From Deltaproteobacteria bacterium (GTDB lineage: Bacteria; Myxococcota_A; Polyangia; Fen-1088): a stretch of 64,000 nt of DNA. The translations under genes were made by a program, and so were the position numbers. Under the pieces are notes generated by a model. The model had not been told where the DNA came from. It did no database searches and saw only the letters and a list, made by a program, of their open reading frames with translations. Numbering within the stretch: the stretch's first letter is position 1; each line of letters opens with the position of its first letter. Where the stretch lies: assembly GCA_033763315.1 (NCBI GenBank), contig JANRKS010000019.1, positions 320,001 through 384,000 on the forward strand. The letters are read 5' to 3'. Positions 48,284-58,066 of this stretch are shown piece after piece.

Positions 48284-50716
48284 ATGCGCTGCCGCAGTTT
48301 GCTTTTTGTGGCGCAGCTCGTGCTGTTGGCGCTTTGCAGCCTTGCCCCGGCGGCGCAGGCGCAAGACGCACCGGCAACGTCTGCCGTTAAACCGGGCGAA
48401 GACGAATCGCTTGAGGTCGGCTTCGTGCGTTTTCGCGGCAACCGCAAGGTCGAAGACGATGCCATCCGCGTGAACCTGCGCACCACGCCGGGTGCCACGC
48501 TGACGCAAGATCTGTTGCGTGAAGACGTACGAGCTATCTGGGCGATGGGCTTCTTCGACGACGTTCAGGTCGAGACGGCGGCTGGCCCCAAAGGTCAGAT
48601 CGTCACGTTCGTGCTGAAGGAAAAGCCATCGATCCGGAAGATCTACGTCTCCGGGCACGACGAAATCGGTCTGACCAAGATCAACGAGATCCTCGACATC
48701 AAGAAAGAGCAGATCCTGGATCTGGCCAAAGTTAAGAAGAACGCCGAGAAGATTCGCGATCTGTACGTCGAACGCGGTTTTTATATGGCCGAGGTTTCAC
48801 ACGAGGTGAAACGCCAAGGCAATGGCCAAGTGGATGTTTATTTCCGCATCCGCGAGAACACCAAAGTTGAGGTTCGGCGCATCAACTTCGTGGGCAACAA
48901 GGGCGGCCTTGATTCCGATCTGCGCGCCGTCATGTTGACCAAAGAGGGCGACATGTTTTCGCTGCTCACCTCGTCGGGCACGTACCGGCAAGATGCTTTC
49001 CAGCGGGACTTGCTGCTGATTCAGTCTTGGTACTGGGATCGCGGCTACGTTGACATCAAGGTTGGCGAGCCTCTGATGGAGCTTTCGCAAGACAAGCTGG
49101 CCTTGTTCATCACCATCCCCATCGAGGAGGGTAAGCGCTACAAGCTTGGCAAGGTGGACGTGGTGGGCGAGCTGCTTGAGCCCAAAGAGTTTTATCTTTC
49201 GCGGGTCAGCGTGAAAACCGGGCAACAGTTCAACCGCTCGCAGCTGACCACGGACATGCAGGCCTTGATGGATTCGTTCAAGGACCGCGGCTATGCCTAC
49301 GTCAACGTCACGCCGCTCACGGACAAAGACGAAGCTTCATTGACGGTGAATCTGACGTTTGACGTTCAACGTGGCGAAAAGGTCTACGTTGAGCGCATCA
49401 ACATTCGCGGCAACAGCAAAACGCGCGACAAGGTGATTCGGCGCGAGATGCGCATCGTGGAGGGCGAGGAGTTCAGCCAGACTTTACTCGACACCTCCAA
49501 GCGCCGCGTGACCGCGCTTGGCTTCTTTGAACGCGCCGATATGTCCACCACGCGGGGCAGCGGCGACGACAAGATGCTGGTGAATGTTGAAGTGGCTGAA
49601 CGGCAAACGGGCGCGTTCCAAATCGGCGCTGGATTCTCGTCCGTCGAGAACTTCATCGCGCAAGCGCAGATCTCGCAAAACAACCTGTTCGGCCGCGGCA
49701 CGCTGTTGACGGTTCAGGCGCAGCTTTCGTCCATCCGCCAGCTGATCCTATTTCAATACCAAGATCCCTATTTCTTAGACACGCGGTGGACGTTCGGGTT
49801 CAACCTGTTCAACCAGCAGCGCTACTTCTTCTCGTTCTTCCGCGAATCAAAGGGTGGCAGCTTGACGTGGGGTTACCTGCTGCAAGATGACCTGCGCCTC
49901 TTGCTGACGTACACGCTCGAACAGGTGGGCGTGCGGACGTCGGGCCGCGGCGCTCTGTTTTACACGGGCTTGCGAGACCAAATTCCGTCGGGATCGTTGG
50001 CGAACTTATTGCGTTCGGGGCTCACCTCCTCCTGGCGCATCAGCCTGCAGCACGACACGCGTGACAACCGCTTGTTCACGACCAGAGGTTGGTACAACAC
50101 GGCGTCGGCCGAGTTCGCTCAGCCGTACTTCCTATCGCAGAACCAATTCACCCGTTATGAAGTGGCTACCAGGTTTTTTTATCCCATCTGGGGGCCCTTC
50201 GTTCTGCGCTCGAAGCTTGAAGGCGGCATGATCGTCAGCCCCAGCGCGCAGGGCGTGCCCATCACCGAACGTTATTTCGTGGGCGGCATCTTCGACATTC
50301 GCGGCTTCTCTCCCCGCTCGCTGGGGCCCCGCATCCGCGCCCCCGGCACCCAAGAGCCCGATTCCAACCTCGTCAGCTCGCGCGTGGGCGGCAACTTGCA
50401 GCTCATCGGCAACTTGGAGCTCGAATTCCCAATCATCGCCAAGGTGGGCATCAAAGGCGTTGTGTTCACCGACTTTGGCAACGCGTTCAACACGGAAAGC
50501 CAGTATTGCGCGCTCAAACCGCCCGGCTCACACCCATCCACGGACCCTTGCAACGTGATCTTCCCGCTCAACAGCCTGCGGGCGAGCTGGGGGTTCGGGT
50601 TCCGCTGGTTCTCCCCGATTGGTCCCCTTCGTTTCGAGTGGGGCATCCCTTACCACCGCATCAGCCCCAGCGAACGCCCCGTGGTGTTCGAATTCACCAT
50701 CGGGAATTTCTTTTAG
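48284..50716 (+). CDS. bamA: Outer membrane protein assembly factor BamA
   Basis: POTRA repeats, GNSKTRDKVIRRE, IRGF, WFSPIGPLRF and a terminal F. Confidence 0.96.
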   Translation: MRCRSLLFVAQLVLLALCSLAPAAQAQDAPATSAVKPGEDESLEVGFVRFRGNRKVEDDAIRVNLRTTPGATLTQDLLREDVRAIWAMGFFDDVQVETAAGPKGQIVTFVLKEKPSIRKIYVSGHDEIGLTKINEILDIKKEQILDLAKVKKNAEKIRDLYVERGFYMAEVSHEVKRQGNGQVDVYFRIRENTKVEVRRINFVGNKGGLDSDLRAVMLTKEGDMFSLLTSSGTYRQDAFQRDLLLIQSWYWDRGYVDIKVGEPLMELSQDKLALFITIPIEEGKRYKLGKVDVVGELLEPKEFYLSRVSVKTGQQFNRSQLTTDMQALMDSFKDRGYAYVNVTPLTDKDEASLTVNLTFDVQRGEKVYVERINIRGNSKTRDKVIRREMRIVEGEEFSQTLLDTSKRRVTALGFFERADMSTTRGSGDDKMLVNVEVAERQTGAFQIGAGFSSVENFIAQAQISQNNLFGRGTLLTVQAQLSSIRQLILFQYQDPYFLDTRWTFGFNLFNQQRYFFSFFRESKGGSLTWGYLLQDDLRLLLTYTLEQVGVRTSGRGALFYTGLRDQIPSGSLANLLRSGLTSSWRISLQHDTRDNRLFTTRGWYNTASAEFAQPYFLSQNQFTRYEVATRFFYPIWGPFVLRSKLEGGMIVSPSAQGVPITERYFVGGIFDIRGFSPRSLGPRIRAPGTQEPDSNLVSSRVGGNLQLIGNLELEFPIIAKVGIKGVVFTDFGNAFNTESQYCALKPPGSHPSTDPCNVIFPLNSLRASWGFGFRWFSPIGPLRFEWGIPYHRISPSERPVVFEFTIGNFF

Positions 50717-50828
50717 GCCTCGCGCGTCTTTTATAGTAAGCGCCTGCCGGCGGCCCACCTTCCCCAACGGGGGCAGGGCGTGCTATTCGATGGGCCCCAC
50801 CACCAAACGTCGTTTCTGGAGATACACA

Positions 50829-51410
50829 ATGATCCGTTCCGCCAAACTGCTGATTGCCGCCCTTGCCTTGCTCGTGGGGGGCCAAACGGCTGCTCGCGCA
50901 GAAGAGCCCGTGAAGCTGGGTTACGTCGATATGCAACGCGCCCTGCTTGAGGTCGAGGACGGACGCCGCGCCCGCGAAGATCTCAAGAAGACGCTTGAGA
51001 AGAAGCAAAAGGAGCTGGACGAGCGTCAGCAAGAGCTGATGAAGGCCGGCGAAGACTTGAAGAAGAAGCGCACTTTGCTGCCCGAGGACACGCGCATGCA
51101 AAAAGAGTCAGAGCTGCAAGAGGGCCTCGCAAAATTGCAACAGGCTCTGATGCGCCACCAGCAGGAGCTGAACCAGAAGGAGCAAGAGGTTCTGGCACCC
51201 ATCGTTGATCGCATGCAACGGATCGTGGGCCAAATCGCTCAGTCTGAAGATCTGACGCTGGTCTTGGACCGCAACCAGGCGGGCATCATCTTCGGCAAGC
51301 CGCATTTGGACCTCACGAATGAGGTGATCCGCCGTTACAACGCGGGAGCCAAAGCGGGTGGAGCCGCCCCCAAGGGTGTCGCGCCAGCAGCTCCCGCCAA
51401 GAAGAAGTAA
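50829..51410 (+). CDS. skp: OmpH/Skp periplasmic chaperone
   Basis: Signal peptide, KLGYVDMQRAL, coiled coil and DLTNEVIRRYN; directly follows bamA. Confidence 0.92.
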   Translation: MIRSAKLLIAALALLVGGQTAARAEEPVKLGYVDMQRALLEVEDGRRAREDLKKTLEKKQKELDERQQELMKAGEDLKKKRTLLPEDTRMQKESELQEGLAKLQQALMRHQQELNQKEQEVLAPIVDRMQRIVGQIAQSEDLTLVLDRNQAGIIFGKPHLDLTNEVIRRYNAGAKAGGAAPKGVAPAAPAKKK

Positions 51411-51445
51411 CACCACATAGGGCGGCGTTCCCGCCTGCGTGAATG

Positions 51446-51472
51446 AGGGGCGCTTCCAGCGCCCCTTTTTTT
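51446..51472 (+). terminator. Rho-independent terminator between skp and fabZ
   Basis: AGGGGCGCT-TCC-AGCGCCCCT-TTTTTT. Confidence 0.8.
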
Positions 51473-51493
51473 CTATGAACCCTCGGAGACGCT

Positions 51494-51964
51494 ATGGAAC
51501 TTGACGTTACAGCCATCGAAGCCCTGATCCCTCACCGCTATCCCTTTTTGATGATCGATCGCGTGGATTCCATGACCGAGGATCGAGTGGTGGCCCGCAA
51601 GATGGTCACGCGCAACGAACCATTCTTCGATGGTCACTACCCCGGCTTCCCCGTGATGCCGGGCGTCCTTCAGGTCGAAGCGATGGCTCAGGCGGGCGCC
51701 TTGATGGCGTGCCATCAACTGAAGATCGATCCCAAGACCACCGTCATTTACCTCATGGGAGTGGACAAAGTTCGCTTCCGGCGCGCTGTGGTCCCGGGCG
51801 ATCACCTGACGTTGGATGTGACAGCGCTTCGCAAGGGCGCCTCGGTTTGGAAGCTTAAAGGCGAAGCACGCGTGGGCGATCAAGTGTGTGCTGAGGCGGA
51901 ATTCATTGCCGCGATTCAGCCCCGGCAACCCAAACCTGCCGCGGCCAAGACGGACGCCGAATAA
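51494..51964 (+). CDS. fabZ: 3-hydroxyacyl-ACP dehydratase
   Basis: IPHRYPFLMIDRV, NEPFFDGHYP, PVMPGVLQVEAMAQ and VVPGD motifs. Confidence 0.96.
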   Translation: MELDVTAIEALIPHRYPFLMIDRVDSMTEDRVVARKMVTRNEPFFDGHYPGFPVMPGVLQVEAMAQAGALMACHQLKIDPKTTVIYLMGVDKVRFRRAVVPGDHLTLDVTALRKGASVWKLKGEARVGDQVCAEAEFIAAIQPRQPKPAAAKTDAE

Positions 51965-51967
51965 CCG

Positions 51968-53365
51968 ATGAACGGCGGGCAGAACGCAAAGCGGCCGGCC
52001 CTTGGGCGGTGCCTGGTGGCGATGGCTGTTTTGCTTCTCGGCGGCTGCCGCTCACGCGGACTGCTTCCGCGCGGCGAGGGGGAGGCCGTGGTGGTCATGG
52101 AGCCAGACGCGGCGGTGGCGCCTGGCGCCACGGTGGAGGTTCCTGCGACGACCGAGCATGAGCCCAACAACACGACCGCGCAGGCTGAGCGTGTGTATCT
52201 GGCGCCTTGGCCGCTTTTGCCAGGTGCGCCCGTGGGTGACAACGCGGCCGCCGCCTCCGCCACGCCTTCGTGGGCCGTGCAGGGCGAGCTTGCGGCAGGC
52301 AAGGACGTTGACACCTATCGGCTAACTTTGGTGCCGGCCGATGGCTTCGCCGCTGATGCCGGCGTGGCCGACGCAGGGCCGGGGGAGCCAGGTGGCGGTT
52401 TCGCGAGCTTGCGGATCGAACTTACGCCCGGACCCACGGGGCTGGCGAACGGCGTGGTCTTGGAGGGCAGGGCGCCTGGCGGGGCTCGGGTGGTGCAATT
52501 GTCGACGAAGGGCGAGGGGGTAATGGTGCCAAACGCAGGCTTGGTTCCGGGCACCGACCTGTTGTTGTCGGTCACGCGGGCGACGCGCAAGGGAACCGAT
52601 CCGGTGCCATACCGGTTGAGTGTGGTGGCGTCCGCTCCGCAATCCGGTGAAGAGGTTGAACCCAACGGCGATCCCGGCAAAGCCACACCCATTGCGTCTA
52701 CCACCGCCACTTTGGAGGCCGTCGGCTACTTGGGGTGGCGGCAGGATACGGATTGGTTTGCCGTCACCTTCCCGGCGCTGCCACCCGACACGGCTGTGTC
52801 GGTTGACCTGCAGCTACCGGGCGAAGGCGTGGCGAGCCTGGCGGTCGCGACCGATCTGGCGGCGGCGGTCACCCACGGCTACGCCCGGGGGGCAACCGAT
52901 CGTCTGCAGCTGCGGGGCGTCGGTGTTCCGGTGGGCGGCACCCTGTATGTGAAGGTGCAGAACGTGGGGCCCGCCGTGTTGCTTCAGCGTTATCGGTTGA
53001 CCCTTTCGGCGGTCCCGCTGGCGCCGGGGTATGAAGTGGAGCCCAACGATCAACAGGCGACGGTTGCGACCGCGACTGAATCCAAGTTATGGGGATTCCT
53101 GCATCCGGCTGGTGACGTTGATTCCTTTAAGGTCTGCCAGCGGGCGGGCATGACCTTTTCTGTGGAGGGGGCACCCCGTTTGGACCTCTTAGTGAGTGTG
53201 ACCGACGCGGCGGGCGCGCCCTTACTTTCGTTCCCTGTTTCGGGCTCAAAAGCGGTTCAAAGCCCGCCCATGCCAGCGGGGGATTGTTTGTTCATCCAGG
53301 TTCGAGATAAATCAGGTAAAGGAGCGAATTCACTAGAGCCTTACTCGATCACCTTCGGCGGCTAA
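51968..53365 (+). CDS. Lipoprotein with three PPC-like (pre-peptidase C-terminal) domains
   Basis: Lipobox LLGGC. Three repeats start EHEPNN, EVEPNG and EVEPND, each followed by D-x-D-x-[YF]. Confidence 0.75.
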   Translation: MNGGQNAKRPALGRCLVAMAVLLLGGCRSRGLLPRGEGEAVVVMEPDAAVAPGATVEVPATTEHEPNNTTAQAERVYLAPWPLLPGAPVGDNAAAASATPSWAVQGELAAGKDVDTYRLTLVPADGFAADAGVADAGPGEPGGGFASLRIELTPGPTGLANGVVLEGRAPGGARVVQLSTKGEGVMVPNAGLVPGTDLLLSVTRATRKGTDPVPYRLSVVASAPQSGEEVEPNGDPGKATPIASTTATLEAVGYLGWRQDTDWFAVTFPALPPDTAVSVDLQLPGEGVASLAVATDLAAAVTHGYARGATDRLQLRGVGVPVGGTLYVKVQNVGPAVLLQRYRLTLSAVPLAPGYEVEPNDQQATVATATESKLWGFLHPAGDVDSFKVCQRAGMTFSVEGAPRLDLLVSVTDAAGAPLLSFPVSGSKAVQSPPMPAGDCLFIQVRDKSGKGANSLEPYSITFGG

Positions 53366-53496
53366 TGTTGCCGCTTTGAATCGTTCCGGGGGTGGCAACA
53401 TCAAATGATTGAGACGGTTCTTAAGAAAGCCCGCCAAGCCGTCGCTTCTTGACTAAAGGGCGCCAATATTGCAAGCCTTTAAGTAGGGGGTTCGTC

Positions 53497-53679
53497 ATGC
53501 TCGACCCATGGATCATTGAACAAATAAGACGGCGCGAAACAGAAGAGCGCCGTCGTCGAGAACAGCCAATGCTCGAGCTGCCCCTGCCAGAACCCGAGGC
53601 GGAAGATTATGAGCGTCCGTCGACTGGATGGTCTCGGGAACCGCAGCCTGAGCGTGGTGTCGTAATCATAGGCATGTGA
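53497..53679 (+). CDS. Small hypothetical protein (60 aa)
   Basis: AGGGGG RBS; MLDPWIIEQIRRRE...PMLELP...ERGVVIIGM resembles a small-protein pattern I recall from myxobacteria. Confidence 0.7.
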   Translation: MLDPWIIEQIRRRETEERRRREQPMLELPLPEPEAEDYERPSTGWSREPQPERGVVIIGM

Positions 53680-53782
53680 CCTGAGCGTCACATGATTGGG
53701 GAAACTCAAGCGGCGCTTGGGTAACGGAAGCTCGTCGCTTCAAAAGCCGAGCGCCGCTTTCGAAATATCTGGTTTTTTGCCC

Positions 53783-53798
53783 TGGCACACGTTTCGCT
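53783..53798 (+). promoter_or_regulatory. Putative sigma-54 (-24/-12) promoter
   Basis: TGGCACACGTTTCGCT = TGGCAC with exact GG-N10-GC spacing, 13 nt upstream of the ATG at 53812. Confidence 0.55.
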
Positions 53799-53811
53799 GT
53801 GTCATGGCTGC

Positions 53812-56451
53812 ATGACGGCACCGTCTCAAGACGTCACGCGGATACAGCCTTTGCCCCTGTCGTCGATGGAGGTGGCGTTCGTGCCTCGCCCCACCGAGTG
53901 GAGGGCGCTGGACACCGCCTTGGAGCGAGCGGTTAAGTTCGAGGCACCGCAGATCGTCACGTTGGTGGGGCCCCTGGGGATTGGGAAATCTCGGCTGCTG
54001 GAGGCGTGGCTTGACGATGTGCAAAAGCGCAGCGTCTACCGCACCGTGAAGGCCGGCCGCCGTGAAGGCACCATCGCTGCCAAGTCGGTGCCGGAACGCT
54101 TCGCATGGTTAGGTGCGTTTTTACGGAAGCGCATTGGTCTGACAAAAACGATGGGCCAGCAAACCGCCATGGAGCTGTTCCGAGGCGAACTGCAGTCGGT
54201 GTTCGGGGATCGCCGCGTGGCGGAAGTGGCTGCGTTCTTGGGTCCCTTCTTGGGATTCGAGTTGCCCGAGAGCCCGATTCTTCACGCGCTAGCAGGGAAG
54301 CCAGATTCCTACGCGGATGTGGCGCGGGCGGTGTTGTGTCGCTTCTTGGAAGAAGACGCGCGCCTGACGCCGCTGGTGATCGTGCTTGAAGATCTCGACG
54401 TCGCGGACGAGGCCTCATTGGAGATGGTGGCGGCGCTCAGCAAGGATTTGGGCGAAGCCCCACTTGTCATAGTGTGCTCGGCGCGCCCGGAACTTTTCGT
54501 GCGTCACGCTGAGTGGGGGCGCTGGGGGGGCAGTCACGCCCGGGTTGATTTGGCGCCTTTCGAGCCGCGCCAGATCCAGGCGTTGGTCACCGGCGTGCTT
54601 GAGGGGCCCGCGGATGCGGGTTTACTCGAGCGTCTTGAAGACGAGTCGGCTGGCAACCCTCGTGCGGTGTTGCGCGTGTTGGAGGCCTATTGGCGCCGCG
54701 GGTTCGTCACACAAGCTGCACCTCACACGGCGTGGCGTCTGGAGGGCCACGAGTGTTTGCCACCGCTGGCCGTCGAGGTTTCGCCTGAACAGGCGGCGGC
54801 CACGCGCTTGGCATCTTTGTCGCCGGCCGAACGCGATCTGCTGTCGCGGGGCGCGGCATTTGGTTATTCGTTCACAACGGGCGGTGTGATCGCCCTGGGC
54901 CGCTTGGGTGGCGCGCCTTCAGATCCCACCACTGTGTTTGCGCCCGATCCAACGATCGAGCAAACCCGCCAGATGCTGGTGGTGCTTGAGGCGCGCGGTT
55001 ATCTTGAGCGCCTGGCCGAATCGCAACTGCCGGGCGAGCATGAATGGAAGTTCGCCACGCAAAGCGATCGCGACATGCTCATGGGCAGCAGCGATCCAGA
55101 AGTGGCACGCCGGCGCCGCGTGTTCGCCGCGCAATGGATCGAGGGACGCACAGGGATCGCCGCTGCGGCTGAGCGGTTCGAATGGTTGGCGAATCTGTAC
55201 GAAGGTGGCGGCGACGAACGTCGCGCGGGTGAGTGCTTCGTGGCCGCGGCCAACCGGGCGCGCGACGAAGGGCGATTGGAACACGCGCGCGGCCTTTACC
55301 TCAAGGGCGTGCGTTTGCTCGACATGGGCGATTCCGTGTTCAAGATGGACGCGCTTCACCAGTTGGGCGACGTGGCGGCGCGGGCCGGCCGCACGCGCGA
55401 GGCGCTGGCTCATTTTGCAGAGATGCTGCAGATCGCGTGGCGGCTGGATCTGCCCGCCAAAGGCGGCGCCGCGCACGCGCGCATCGGGCGTTTGCATCGC
55501 ACGCTTGGCAATTACAAGTTGGCGCTCCGCCATCTTGAGCTTGGGCGCCTCCTGTTCGAATTGGCGGGCGACGTGCCGGGCTTGGCTGCCTCCTATGATG
55601 ACGTGGGCCGCGTCCACATGTTAACCGGCAACGTCGAAACAGCGATGCAGTGCCACCGGCAATCGCTTGATCTGCGCGAGTCGATGAACGACACGCGCGG
55701 CAAGGCTTTAACGCTCTCGTGGCTGGGCTTGTGCGAAGCCCAGCGGGGCGATCTGCAGGCCGCAACCAATTGCTTTGCAGCGTCGTTGCAATTGGCGAAA
55801 GCCGAAGGTGATGAACGTGCCGTGGCTTTCGCTTTGATGGATCAAGCGGCGGTCGAGCGCGAGCTGGATCGGCCTGACCGCGCGCGTGCCTTGTTGGAAG
55901 AAGCACGCGAAATTGTGCGGCGTTTGTCGGACACGCTGACCGAATCGCACCTTGGCATTCAGATCGGCGAGTGCTTCTTGCAGGTGAAGTGGCCGAAGCA
56001 GGCCGAACAGGAATTTCTCACAGCCAAGAAGCTGGCCGAGCGGTTCGGCACCAAGCGTTTGGTGTCGCAAGCGGAACGCGGTTTGGCAGAAGCGAAGCTT
56101 GCCCAAGCGGACAACCACGCCGCCTACAACCACGCAGAGTGCGCTTTGCGTTTGGCTGAATCGATCGGCGTGCCTACGTTGGTGGGCGCCGCTTTGCGCG
56201 TGCTGGCGCAATCGGTGGTGGCAGGCGCGTTGCCGGATCCAGATCGCGGCGGCGCGCGCGAACTGTTTGATCGCGCGGTGGAAGTCCTCTCGGATCAAGG
56301 GTCGGAGCTTGAGCTTGGTCGCACGCTGGCGGCCTATGCGGCGTTCGAGAAGAAGCTCGGGCGGCGCGCGGCCGCCAACGATTTGCAAGATCAAGCGGAC
56401 ACGATCAGAGCGCGCGCGTTTGCGGGCCAGGCCACACAGGCCGCGGAGTGA
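53812..56451 (+). CDS. STAND-type AAA ATPase with C-terminal TPR array
   Basis: Walker A GPLGIGKSRL, Walker B VIVLEDLD, SARPEL, SAGNP and multiple TPRs. Confidence 0.88.
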   Translation: MTAPSQDVTRIQPLPLSSMEVAFVPRPTEWRALDTALERAVKFEAPQIVTLVGPLGIGKSRLLEAWLDDVQKRSVYRTVKAGRREGTIAAKSVPERFAWLGAFLRKRIGLTKTMGQQTAMELFRGELQSVFGDRRVAEVAAFLGPFLGFELPESPILHALAGKPDSYADVARAVLCRFLEEDARLTPLVIVLEDLDVADEASLEMVAALSKDLGEAPLVIVCSARPELFVRHAEWGRWGGSHARVDLAPFEPRQIQALVTGVLEGPADAGLLERLEDESAGNPRAVLRVLEAYWRRGFVTQAAPHTAWRLEGHECLPPLAVEVSPEQAAATRLASLSPAERDLLSRGAAFGYSFTTGGVIALGRLGGAPSDPTTVFAPDPTIEQTRQMLVVLEARGYLERLAESQLPGEHEWKFATQSDRDMLMGSSDPEVARRRRVFAAQWIEGRTGIAAAAERFEWLANLYEGGGDERRAGECFVAAANRARDEGRLEHARGLYLKGVRLLDMGDSVFKMDALHQLGDVAARAGRTREALAHFAEMLQIAWRLDLPAKGGAAHARIGRLHRTLGNYKLALRHLELGRLLFELAGDVPGLAASYDDVGRVHMLTGNVETAMQCHRQSLDLRESMNDTRGKALTLSWLGLCEAQRGDLQAATNCFAASLQLAKAEGDERAVAFALMDQAAVERELDRPDRARALLEEAREIVRRLSDTLTESHLGIQIGECFLQVKWPKQAEQEFLTAKKLAERFGTKRLVSQAERGLAEAKLAQADNHAAYNHAECALRLAESIGVPTLVGAALRVLAQSVVAGALPDPDRGGARELFDRAVEVLSDQGSELELGRTLAAYAAFEKKLGRRAAANDLQDQADTIRARAFAGQATQAAE

Positions 56452-56476
56452 TCCCCGCTTCGGTTAGACTGCAGCC

Positions 56477-57400
56477 GTGATCGCGCTGTTGGCTGTGGCC
56501 GTGGCAACCGCCGCGGGGATTGTGGTGGTGCCGTCAGAGCAAAGCCTGACGTGCCCCTCCGCCGATCAGCTCGCGTTTGCGTTGCGCACGCGGCTGCCAC
56601 AGATTGTGGGCGAAGAGGGCGTGGGGCTGCCGGCGCCGTTGTGGCTGAGGCTGCGAGGCGTGGCGCCGTCGCTCGAAGTGCAACTGCGCGACGCTCAGGG
56701 AAAGACCGTCCTGTCGCGTGACTTACGTTTGCAGAGCACCACCGTGGATTGTGCGTCCCTGGCGGAGACCGTGTCGCTCATCGTTGAGCGCTACTTAGAC
56801 GAATTGCAGGTGCAGCGGTTGGAGGCGTTGCGGCCACAACCCGCGCCGCCCCTGGCGCCACCGCCGTTGCCGGTGCCTGCGACGTGGGTCGCTGGCCTGC
56901 GTACGCTGGTGCGATCCGGTCGCGGTGTTTGGCTGCCCCCGGGCGGTGAGCTGTGGCTGCAGCGCGAGACGAGCCAGGGCTCCTGGCGCCGCTCGGGGGG
57001 GGCCGCGGCGGGCCTCCTCCGCACCGAAACAGATGTGGACCAGGCGACCTTCGGGCGCCTCGAAGCGTGGCTCTTGCTGCGTGCGGCCGTGGGGAGGGTC
57101 TGGGGCCGGCACCGGCTGGGCATCGCTGCCGATGGGGGGATCGCCGGGGTTCGTGCCTCGCGCCGTGCCGGCGAGTCATCGCGTTCGGCCTGGGGGGCCG
57201 AGCCTTGGGTGGGGCTTGGCGCCCGTTACCGTTTGGGGTTGGGCACACGGTGGTTTGTGGAAGCCGCCGGGGGCGTGTATGGAGCCATCGTACGCCACGA
57301 GCTGGTGGTGCGGCAGGTGCCCCAAGACACCCGTCAGGTGGTGGCCGCAACACCTCGAATCTTTACGGACTTTGGCCTTGGGCTCGGGCTACAATTTTAA
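56477..57400 (+). CDS. Exported protein: two-Cys N-terminal domain, Pro linker, probable outer-membrane beta-barrel
   Basis: Signal peptide, TCPS...DCASLAETVSLIV, PPLAPPPLP and amphipathic strands ending GLGLGLQF. Confidence 0.75.
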   Translation: MIALLAVAVATAAGIVVVPSEQSLTCPSADQLAFALRTRLPQIVGEEGVGLPAPLWLRLRGVAPSLEVQLRDAQGKTVLSRDLRLQSTTVDCASLAETVSLIVERYLDELQVQRLEALRPQPAPPLAPPPLPVPATWVAGLRTLVRSGRGVWLPPGGELWLQRETSQGSWRRSGGAAAGLLRTETDVDQATFGRLEAWLLLRAAVGRVWGRHRLGIAADGGIAGVRASRRAGESSRSAWGAEPWVGLGARYRLGLGTRWFVEAAGGVYGAIVRHELVVRQVPQDTRQVVAATPRIFTDFGLGLGLQF

Positions 57401-57402
57401 AA

Positions 57403-57432
57403 TGACGAAGCTTGCCGGCCGCCGCCTCTAAC
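57403..57432 (+). promoter_or_regulatory. Putative ECF-sigma promoter, copy 1 (autoregulatory)
   Basis: TGACGAA-N14-GCCTCTAAC upstream of the ECF gene; same motif and spacing at 60439. Confidence 0.65.
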
Positions 57433-57448
57433 TGGCCAGGAACACACG

Positions 57449-58066
57449 ATGGCATTGGGTGGGGTTGCACAGCCGGGCGCCAAGCTTTCAGACCGAGAGC
57501 TGGTGCATCAGTGCGTCTGCGGTGATCCCAACGGTTGGCGGTGTTTGTACGATCGCTACGTTGGGCAAGTGATCCGTTTCGTCAGTGCGCTGGGTGTGGC
57601 GGCCGATGAGCGCGACGACGCGGTTCAAGAGGTTTTCGTGGCGGTGTATCGCAGTCTGCCCTCGTTCCGCGGCGAGTCTCAGTTGTCGACATGGATCTAC
57701 CGGATTGCCGCGCGGCACGTGTCGAAGCTGGCGAGCCGCCGCCGTTTTCGCGACATGCTCAGCAGCATGTTGTGGCGCGAGCTCAAGGACGACGTTGACG
57801 CGAATCAAGCCGGACCCGAAAGCGTCGAACGATCCTCAGAGCTAGAGATGCTGGATCGCATGCTGGAAAAGCTTAGTCCGAAAAAACGCACGGCCTTGGT
57901 GTTGTTTGAGATTGAAGGCTTGCCGGTTGAGCAAGTGGCTGAGATCGTGGGCTGCCCCGTGAACACTGTTTGGTCGCGCCTTCACCATGCCCGCGCCGAG
58001 CTTTCGAAGCTTGCGCGCAAAGGCACCTGGCGGCCGGTGACCGCGAGGGCGGGAGGGCCAACATGA
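57449..58066 (+). CDS. ECF sigma-70 factor
   Basis: DDAVQEVF, FRGESQLSTWIYRIA, LSPKKRTALVLFEIEG and TVWSRLHHAR motifs. Confidence 0.93.
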   Translation: MALGGVAQPGAKLSDRELVHQCVCGDPNGWRCLYDRYVGQVIRFVSALGVAADERDDAVQEVFVAVYRSLPSFRGESQLSTWIYRIAARHVSKLASRRRFRDMLSSMLWRELKDDVDANQAGPESVERSSELEMLDRMLEKLSPKKRTALVLFEIEGLPVEQVAEIVGCPVNTVWSRLHHARAELSKLARKGTWRPVTARAGGPT

